NCBI GenBank assembly: GCA_944392215.1
Contig: CALXVX010000022.1
Span: forward strand, 1-61,441
Source of the DNA: an uncultured Alphaproteobacteria bacterium
GTDB taxonomy: Bacteria; Pseudomonadota; Alphaproteobacteria; RF32; CAG-239
DNA: 61,441 nt
Direction of reading: 5' to 3'
Shown here: positions 55,549 to 61,441 of the stretch, in pieces
Position numbering within the stretch: the first letter of the stretch is position 1
Layout of the letters: each line of letters starts with the position of its first letter
Notes under the pieces: model-generated
Seen by the model: only the letters and a program-made list of their open reading frames with translations
The model's database searches: none
Told to the model about the DNA's origin: nothing
Translations under genes and position numbers: made by a program

Positions 55549-56481
55549 TTATTTGAAAACCCAGCCGAGTTCGCAACCTTGAGCAACACATTCTTGGCAG
55601 TTTTCAGCTTCTCCGAAGTTATAGGTAATTTCGAGTAAAGAATTTCCCCAGTTTTGCTCAGAAAGATATTTACAGGCATCTAAAGGCACGTCAGAATAAA
55701 CAATCATAAACATTTTTGCATACCCCATAACACCGACAACACCTCCAAAAGGATTAACGATTTGCGCCTCTGCGAGCATGTCATCGGGAACAGCATCGGC
55801 TTCCACAACAAACGCAGCAGAAAGCCCATCATAAGAAGCTGAATTTTTAAAAAGTTCGTGAATATTTGCTTGCAACATAGCAATTTGGTCGACAGTCTTG
55901 TTGGCTTTATATTTTTCCATAGCCTTAGAATAGCCAGAAATAAGGGCAATACTCAAGATTGAAGCAACTATAATGCCAAAATATGCAATAAGGAACCATT
56001 TTCCTTGTTTTACATAAGTGGGATCTTCGCTTACAGGCTCTCCAAACTTCGTGTCATCGCTGCTTTTTTTACAAGTAAGATAAAGAAGATAAAAAGAATA
56101 AATTACAGTAGTCATAACGGCAAGGATATAAAGAACAGAGAGCAAAACAACATCTTTTCCGGCATAACCACTCATAGCCGCACAAACAAAAGAAAGAACA
56201 ATAAGGAGAATTGCCCCCCAAAACCACCAAAAACTTCTGCCCACATCATGCAGTCTGCGAGAGGTCAGGGCAAGAGAAGGAAATATAGTTGCCAAACCAT
56301 ACAAGCCGCTCAAGATGGATATTGGGCTCCATAGTGCGGCAAAAATTGATAAGACAAAAGTAACAGCCAAATCAATAAGCTTAAAACCCCAGAAATCATA
56401 ACGCGTTGCACGGCCGGAGAATTTAAAATAATTTTTAAAAGCGCCACCATAAGCGCGCAAGATAGTTTTTGAATTTTCCAT
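55549..56481 (-). CDS. DUF805 membrane domain fused to a type IV pilin-like globular domain
   Basis: N-terminus has GRATRYDFWGF and RRLHDVGRSFWW (DUF805). After the last TM helix, IIVASILSIALISGYSKAMEKYKANKTVDQI resembles a pilin alpha-1 helix. The C-terminal FMIVYSDVPLDACKYLSEQNWGN parallels FDITFKQLSLRACMNLSQLTWSN of ORF 22089-22664. Confidence 0.65.
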   Translation of the reverse strand: MENSKTILRAYGGAFKNYFKFSGRATRYDFWGFKLIDLAVTFVLSIFAALWSPISILSGLYGLATIFPSLALTSRRLHDVGRSFWWFWGAILLIVLSFVCAAMSGYAGKDVVLLSVLYILAVMTTVIYSFYLLYLTCKKSSDDTKFGEPVSEDPTYVKQGKWFLIAYFGIIVASILSIALISGYSKAMEKYKANKTVDQIAMLQANIHELFKNSASYDGLSAAFVVEADAVPDDMLAEAQIVNPFGGVVGVMGYAKMFMIVYSDVPLDACKYLSEQNWGNSLLEITYNFGEAENCQECVAQGCELGWVFK

Positions 56482-56554
56482 GAAACACCCCTCGTAAAAG
56501 TTGTTGAGATAGCGATAGGGTAAAATAAAAGTTTGCTAATGTAAAGAGAATAAA

Positions 56555-56800
56555 CAAAAAAACCGCGTCCTGAAAACAGGCTGCGGTCTTGTTGTTTAAT
56601 TGGTGGAGGCTGGAGGAAGAAAAACAACCGTTGCTCCGGTTGTTTTTCAACGACAGGCGACAGTTTGTTAGCGAGCCAAGCAAGCGTGAGCGCCTCTTGG
56701 CAAGCGTTACAAACCGAGTGACCGACGCGCACTTAGCGAACCGAAGGAAGCTTAGTAAGCTAGACGAACCTTGGTTCGAACCCGACATTACCTAAACCAA
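56555..56800 (-). ncRNA. candidate GC-rich structured RNA ending in two tandem terminator hairpins (class unknown)
   Basis: This segment is GC-rich within AT-rich intergenic DNA. It has a perfect 12-bp hairpin at 56619-56648 and a terminator, ACCGCAGCCTG-tttt-CAGGACGCGGT plus T7, at 56555-56587. Several local palindromes are present (CGAACCAAGGTTCG, AGCTTACTAAGCT). No convincing ORF. Confidence 0.35.
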
Positions 56801-56801
56801 T

Positions 56802-56828
56802 AAAAAAAAGGCCTCCATAAAGGAGACC
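56802..56828 (-). terminator. intrinsic terminator of tRNA-Lys
   Basis: The minus strand reads GGTCTCC-tttat-GGAGGCC followed by T8. The G-U pair works only in this orientation. Confidence 0.85.
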
Positions 56829-56837
56829 CTTCTTTAT

Positions 56838-56913
56838 TGGTAGGCGCGTGGGGGTTCGAACCCCAGACCCACTGATTAAGAGTCAGTTGCTCTACCAACT
56901 GAGCTACGCACCC
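56838..56913 (-). tRNA. tRNA-Lys (anticodon CTT)
   Basis: The reverse complement begins GGGTGCGTAGCTCAGTTGGTAGAGC... Anticodon stem ACTGA/TCAGT with loop CTCTTAA, T-arm GGTTCGAACCCC, and encoded CCA. Confidence 0.9.
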
Positions 56914-57045
56914 ATAACCTTGACAGTGGGGAATATAGACTCTATTTTTTTTAATTGCAACAACTTTTTTACTAAAAAAATAACCTTGCCAAAGTATATA
57001 AATGATATAAACTCGTAAACAGTATTAACCAAAGGAGAAATAAGT

Positions 57046-57816
57046 ATGAAAAAACGTATTTTCTTAAGCCTGTTGGCAATAATCGTCATTGCCGTGGCAA
57101 TTACTTGGATGTCTTTAGAGTCTATTGTTAAAGGTGTTGTTAATAAATTTGGTTCACAAGTTACCGGCACTGAAGTCAAACTCGAGGGCTTTAATCTCTC
57201 TCCCTTTGACGGCACCGCATCAATCAAAGGCTTGACGGTTGCAAACCCCGAAAACTACAAAAATCCATACTTGCTTTCTCTGAATGGCATCTCGGTCAAA
57301 TTAGATGTTAAAAGCCTGATGAGTGACACAATCGTCATTGAAGATATCACCGTAGATAAACCGGTTATCACCTATGAAATGTTGTCTATCAGCCAAAACA
57401 ACATCAAACAGCTCCAAAGCAACATCAGCAAAAACACCGCCTCAGCAGAAAAAGCTCAAACTGCCAAGGATGAAAAAGGAGAAAAAGACAACTCAGCTTC
57501 AGCCAAAAAAGTCATCATTAAAAAACTCACGGTTAAGGCCGGGGAGTTAAAAGCCGCAGCTAATGTCGGTGGAGAAGAAAACTCTATAGACGTTGTCTTG
57601 CCAGAAATTGTCCTCACCGACATTGGTGGACAAGACAAGGGTGAAAGCATTGTCGCCTCCATCTCCAAAGTATTAAACAAAATACTCTCAACCGCTTCTC
57701 AAACAGTTGTCAAAAGCGGCCTAAGTGACCTGAAAAACGTCGCCAAGAAGAACCTCGATAATGTTGTCGGTGGCGTCAAAGACAAAGTAAAAAGCTTTGG
57801 AATTTTCGGAAACTAA
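57046..57816 (+). CDS. membrane-anchored AsmA-like/DUF748-like protein
   Basis: N-terminal TM helix, then repetitive beta-rich segments (VKLEGFNLSPFDGTASIKGLTVANP..., ISVKLDVKSL). The family call is tentative. Confidence 0.45.
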   Translation: MKKRIFLSLLAIIVIAVAITWMSLESIVKGVVNKFGSQVTGTEVKLEGFNLSPFDGTASIKGLTVANPENYKNPYLLSLNGISVKLDVKSLMSDTIVIEDITVDKPVITYEMLSISQNNIKQLQSNISKNTASAEKAQTAKDEKGEKDNSASAKKVIIKKLTVKAGELKAAANVGGEENSIDVVLPEIVLTDIGGQDKGESIVASISKVLNKILSTASQTVVKSGLSDLKNVAKKNLDNVVGGVKDKVKSFGIFGN

Positions 57817-57832
57817 AGATACTTACCAAGTT

Positions 57833-57865
57833 AAAGCCCCGTTTTTTAGAAAGCGGGGCTTTTTT
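57833..57865. terminator. bidirectional intrinsic terminator
   Basis: AAAGCCCCG...CGGGGCTTT followed by a T-run, between convergent genes. Confidence 0.8.
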
Positions 57866-59461
57866 CTATCTCAAATATTTTTGAGTGATTCCCGGCGTTA
57901 AAATCTGCGGCAATATCTTATAGTCGGAACTTTTGCCATCATAGTAAACATAAAGCGGAATAGAGTTGCGCCCATAACTTTCCAAGGCCTTGGCAATCAT
58001 CTGATCATTATTGGTCCAATCAGCCCTAAACAAGACAATTCCTTTTTCTGAGGCCAGAGCGGCAAAATCAGATGTTTCCAGTGTTGAACGCTTATTCATC
58101 AAACACGTAAGGCACCACTTGGCAGTAAAATCAATAAACACAGGCTTTTGGTTTTCAACCAGAGAAGATACTTCAGCGGCATTATAGGGACGCCAATTCA
58201 CCTCTGAGATTTGTTCGGGCTTTATTTGGTGATAAAGTATCCAAGAAAGCCACAAAGCGGTCAAAAACACAGGAATGGCAAAGATTTTTTTCAAAATATC
58301 CATCCATTTTCCGGGTTTGGGTAAAATTTTATGAATAGCCTTCGGAAACAACCCGGCCAAGGCAAAGGGCAGAGCATATCCCAAACCAAGAGCCAAAAAG
58401 ATTGGATAATAGGCGTAAACGGGGGCGCTCAAAGTATAACCAATGGCGATTCCCATAAAGGGAGCAGTGCAGGGGCTGGCTATCAACACAGCCAAAAAGC
58501 CGGTCATAAAAGAGTTTATCAGATGATTCCTAAAAGACATTCTGCCCGCCTTGTTAGCCAAAGGATTGGGAATGGAAACAAGGTCAAAAAGCATCAATCC
58601 GATAATCAAAAACAAGACAGCCATTGCCGCCACAAACCAAGGTGACTGGAGCTGAAATCCCCAGCCGATATTTTCACCGTTTTGCCTCAACAACAGCAAA
58701 ATAGTCGCGGCAATCAGAAAAGAAACAACCACGCCGAGCGTGTAGAACAAAGCCTCCATTCTATTTTTCTTTTTATTATAAGAAGTCTGAGAAAGAGAGA
58801 TAACCTTAATTGCCAAAATCGGAAATATGCAAGGCATGGCATTCATGATAACTCCGCCGGCAAAAGCCGTCAAGAGAACCAGCCATAGACTTGGCTGGGG
58901 TAGAGTCTCAACTTCAGGCAAAAACCAACTTTCAGCTTCCTTAAGCGTTATATTCCAATCAGATGTTGGCAACTGCTCCATGGCAGAAACCGGGAGCTTC
59001 AAAACAAAGGTTCTCTGCTCGGGCACACATTCGTCACAGCAGGCAAGCCATTTGATTTTCACTTCCAATTCTGCGCGTTCCAAAGTTGTTGTATCCGGGT
59101 GAATAATCGCCTGATAATAGGCCGTGTCACCATAACCTCTTTGGATGATGTCATCACTTTTGAACTCCTCATCACGGCTCCAACCAAGCTCGCTGACTTC
59201 ATAGCCCAGTGGTAGTTTCCACTCCACCTTGGTCGGCATACCGATTTCGCCGGGATTTTGGCTAAAGATATGCCACCCCGGCGCCATTTTGAATTTGAGC
59301 AACACGCCAAGATTTTGGTTTGGATGAACAGCATCATATTGGGTATGAAAACTGACTTTTACCTTGTCTGTAAGCTGCTCTTGCACCAAGGCAAAAGAAT
59401 TTGGGACAGCAAAAAGAACAGAAAAGATAAATAACAGTGCCGCAAGCTTAAATTTTGGCAT
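57866..59461 (-). CDS. dsbD: thiol:disulfide interchange protein DsbD/ScsB-type
   Basis: N-terminal periplasmic domain, a CcdA-like TM core (MPCIFPIL, SPCTAPF), and a C-terminal thioredoxin WCLTC. Confidence 0.85.
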   Translation of the reverse strand: MPKFKLAALLFIFSVLFAVPNSFALVQEQLTDKVKVSFHTQYDAVHPNQNLGVLLKFKMAPGWHIFSQNPGEIGMPTKVEWKLPLGYEVSELGWSRDEEFKSDDIIQRGYGDTAYYQAIIHPDTTTLERAELEVKIKWLACCDECVPEQRTFVLKLPVSAMEQLPTSDWNITLKEAESWFLPEVETLPQPSLWLVLLTAFAGGVIMNAMPCIFPILAIKVISLSQTSYNKKKNRMEALFYTLGVVVSFLIAATILLLLRQNGENIGWGFQLQSPWFVAAMAVLFLIIGLMLFDLVSIPNPLANKAGRMSFRNHLINSFMTGFLAVLIASPCTAPFMGIAIGYTLSAPVYAYYPIFLALGLGYALPFALAGLFPKAIHKILPKPGKWMDILKKIFAIPVFLTALWLSWILYHQIKPEQISEVNWRPYNAAEVSSLVENQKPVFIDFTAKWCLTCLMNKRSTLETSDFAALASEKGIVLFRADWTNNDQMIAKALESYGRNSIPLYVYYDGKSSDYKILPQILTPGITQKYLR

Positions 59462-60138
59462 TACCTGGAACCTTTTTTAGCAATAACAAAGGCATAATAA
59501 GCCGTAGAGATAACAACCAAAGATTTAACAATGCACCAACACCCCAAAATAAGAGCAATCGGTACAAACCAGACCGGCACCAGACATAAGATAACCAAAG
59601 CGGCCAGTGTTTCGGCACCCTGAGCCAAACCGCCCAAATAGAAGGGAGATTCTTGCAACATCTCATCAGAGTTTTTGCCTTTCCCGTAGGCTACAACGGC
59701 ATAAGCAAGCATAGCCGCAGCCGAGGCCGTAAAACCAAACAACAAAAAAGCGGCCGAGGTTGCATTTTGCGGCTGCGCCAAAGCAAAGCCGAAAATAACC
59801 GCGGCATAGAAGATATAATCAAGACAAGCATCCAGAAACACGCCAAATTCTGTTTTGCCGTTGATTTTTGCAACAGCGCCGTCCAAAGCATCGCACCAAC
59901 GGTTGAGAAGAATGCATACAAGCGCCCAGAAATACATGTTGAGAGCCAAGAAATTAACGGCAAACATACCTATGATAAAACCGGCAATGCTGATAACATT
60001 GGCAGATACACCGGCTTTGGCCAGTTTTCTGCCGCTGTCAGCCACAAAAGATCTAAAGCAAGCCACACCTGAACAGAGATGTGTTTTATTATATTGTGAG
60101 CGAAGACGATTAACGATTGATTCGAATTTGTTTTGCAT
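59461..60138 (-). CDS. CDP-alcohol phosphatidyltransferase-family protein
   Basis: DALDGAVAK-x7-FG-x2-LDACLD fits D-x2-DG-x2-A(R/K)...G-x3-D-x3-D. Multi-TM. Confidence 0.8.
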   Translation of the reverse strand: MQNKFESIVNRLRSQYNKTHLCSGVACFRSFVADSGRKLAKAGVSANVISIAGFIIGMFAVNFLALNMYFWALVCILLNRWCDALDGAVAKINGKTEFGVFLDACLDYIFYAAVIFGFALAQPQNATSAAFLLFGFTASAAAMLAYAVVAYGKGKNSDEMLQESPFYLGGLAQGAETLAALVILCLVPVWFVPIALILGCWCIVKSLVVISTAYYAFVIAKKGSR

Positions 60139-60227
60139 ATTATAATCCCTCTTATGATTGACTTTATACGTATCATAACGTATTTTTCATCAGATGTAAG
60201 AACTAACTTCAACTTATAAAGAAGAAT

Positions 60228-61259
60228 ATGCGTATTTTAAAATATATTTCAATAATCTTTCTGTTGGTGGCACTGGCCGTATTTCTGCGCAGCACCTTTT
60301 CAGACTACCAGGAATTCGGCGGCAAAGCTTTTAATACCTATTACAAAATAAAGATTCGCACTTCCGTTGCAGACAAAAGCCTGCCGGAGCAAGTTGCAAA
60401 GATACTGCAAGATGTTGATGCCAAGATGTCTGTTTTTAGAGAGGATTCGGAAATAAGCAGACTAAACAGAGCCAGCGCCGGAGAAGATTTTGCACTCTCT
60501 GATGATTTATCAAAAGTTCTAAAAACAGCAAAAAGAATAAATAAAGAAAGCAATGGTGCTTTTGACCCCGCCGTTGCTCCGTTGATTGACTTGTGGGGAT
60601 TTGGCCCAGGACATGAATTTAGAGCTCCGAGCAAACAAGAATTATCCGCCGTTAAAGCCTACAGTGATTTCAGAAAGCTTAACTTTTCAAAAGACTATAA
60701 AAACGTTATTAAAAAAGACGGCAGAACTTCGCTAAATTTATCTGCCATAGCCAAAGGCTACGCGGTAGATAAGGTTGCAGAAAGCCTGGATAATCTTGGC
60801 TTTAGGGACTATATTGTAGAAATCGGCGGAGAGCTACGCTTATCAGGCAAGAGAGATGAGGAGGGCAACCTCTGGAATATCGGCATTGGCGTTCCTCTAA
60901 GACACTATAAAGGCAATGCCTTGGTCATGGAGATTTCAGACTACGCGGTTGCCACCTCAGGAGATTATCGAAATTTTATAGAAGAAGACGGAAAAGTATT
61001 CTCGCACACAATCTCGCCGCAAACCGGACAACCGGTAAAAAACGATTTAGCCTCAGTCACGGTTTTTGCCCCCACTTGCATGGAGGCAGATGCCTATGCC
61101 ACGGCAATTATGGCCATGGGAAAGCAAAAAGGCTTAGAGCTGGCAAACAAAATAAAACTACCGATAATTTTGTTTACGCATAACCCCAAAAGAGGTTTTG
61201 ATATGGAAAGCTCCAAGCAGGCCCAACAACTGATAGGATTAGGACATGGAAACGATTAA
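60228..61259 (+). CDS. apbE: FAD:protein FMN transferase ApbE
   Basis: FDPAV.PL..LWGFGP, IAKGYAVD, VEIGGE, ATSGDY and SH...P.TG. Confidence 0.9.
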   Translation: MRILKYISIIFLLVALAVFLRSTFSDYQEFGGKAFNTYYKIKIRTSVADKSLPEQVAKILQDVDAKMSVFREDSEISRLNRASAGEDFALSDDLSKVLKTAKRINKESNGAFDPAVAPLIDLWGFGPGHEFRAPSKQELSAVKAYSDFRKLNFSKDYKNVIKKDGRTSLNLSAIAKGYAVDKVAESLDNLGFRDYIVEIGGELRLSGKRDEEGNLWNIGIGVPLRHYKGNALVMEISDYAVATSGDYRNFIEEDGKVFSHTISPQTGQPVKNDLASVTVFAPTCMEADAYATAIMAMGKQKGLELANKIKLPIILFTHNPKRGFDMESSKQAQQLIGLGHGND

Positions 61260-61441
61260 GCACGAAGGAGAAGTCGTTTTTCAAAAAGGCAACATCATCG
61301 GCGTCAAGATATCCAGACAGTCGGCTTGCAGCCAATGTGTGGCCAAAGATAGCTGCGGGCTTATAAATAGTCAAGCCAAAGTCATAGAAATCAGCGATGA
61401 TGCTAATCGGCAGTTCACGCCGGGAGAAATTGTCACCGTCA
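61246..61441 (+). CDS. RseC/MucC-family protein, N-terminal fragment (3' end outside window)
   Basis: METIKHEGEVVFQKGNIIGVKISRQSACSQCVAKDSCG resembles the RseC/SoxR-reducing-system N-terminus. It overlaps the apbE stop. Confidence 0.5.
   Translation, partial: METIKHEGEVVFQKGNIIGVKISRQSACSQCVAKDSCGLINSQAKVIEISDDANRQFTPGEIVTV

Noticed and set aside
56310-56795. ORFs of 68 aa (+), 117 aa (-) and 140 aa (-) in the GC-rich segment
   Set aside because: They have no RBS and odd composition, and they overlap each other and the DUF805 gene start. The region is better explained as structured RNA or a relic.
56555-56800. tmRNA (ssrA) interpretation: CCTCCACCA plus GGTTCGAACC motifs next to a tRNA
   Set aside because: The GGTTCGAACC is a self-palindrome about 170 nt from the CCA and does not form a T-arm adjacent to an acceptor strand. 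The only possible 5' acceptor partner (GGAGGCC) is already used by the tRNA-Lys terminator, and it gives A3-U70 rather than G3-U70. I found no ANDN...AA-type tag reading frame on either strand. This remains unresolved without a covariance-model search.
1-61441. Search by eye for CRISPR arrays, IS elements/transposases, rRNA genes, and reverse transcriptases or other known defence-system enzymes
   Set aside because: No regularly spaced direct repeats, transposase-like ORFs or rRNA-like conserved stretches were seen. The only mobile-element signal is the partial recombinase at the left edge.

Overview
Visibly AT-rich, gene-dense bacterial chromosome segment with alphaproteobacterial gene order: dnaQ-coaE | rho-mnmE-mnmG-rsmG-parA-parB, radA-cvpA, ffs-dnaX-ybaB-recR, lpoA-like/rsmI-yraN, maf-rng-yacG and fliX-dksA. 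It looks like a reduced, possibly host-associated lineage, but no taxon can be assigned from the sequence alone. I support about 75 CDS, two tRNAs (Arg-CCG, Lys-CTT), the SRP RNA and several intrinsic terminators. I saw no rRNA, CRISPR array or IS element. The 475-bp coaE/rho intergenic region is the likely oriC: it has a perfect DnaA box, two TTAA-N7-TTAA CtrA-type boxes and origin-type synteny. Two parS sites lie inside mnmG and rsmG. The most interesting region is a head-on, tightly packed + strand operon (11481-19130). It is built around an orphan VirD4/TraG-type coupling ATPase, with no other T4SS or relaxase genes in the window. Four unrecognisable proteins precede the ATPase, and two of them share a Trp-rich two-TM N-domain. 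An overlapping HNH-nuclease-like / SUKH-immunity-like pair follows it. Other notable items are an HD-HD-PHP cassette inserted into the conserved mnmG-rsmG junction and a membrane-anchored pseudokinase module. There is also a DUF805::pilin-like fusion that is paralogous to a prepilin-like gene overlapping fliX. An A10 slippery run in dnaX has immediate off-frame stops. Two structured ncRNA candidates could not be classified. A serine-recombinase ORF ends inside tRNA-Arg at the left edge. All functional calls come from motif recognition by eye; no database search was run.
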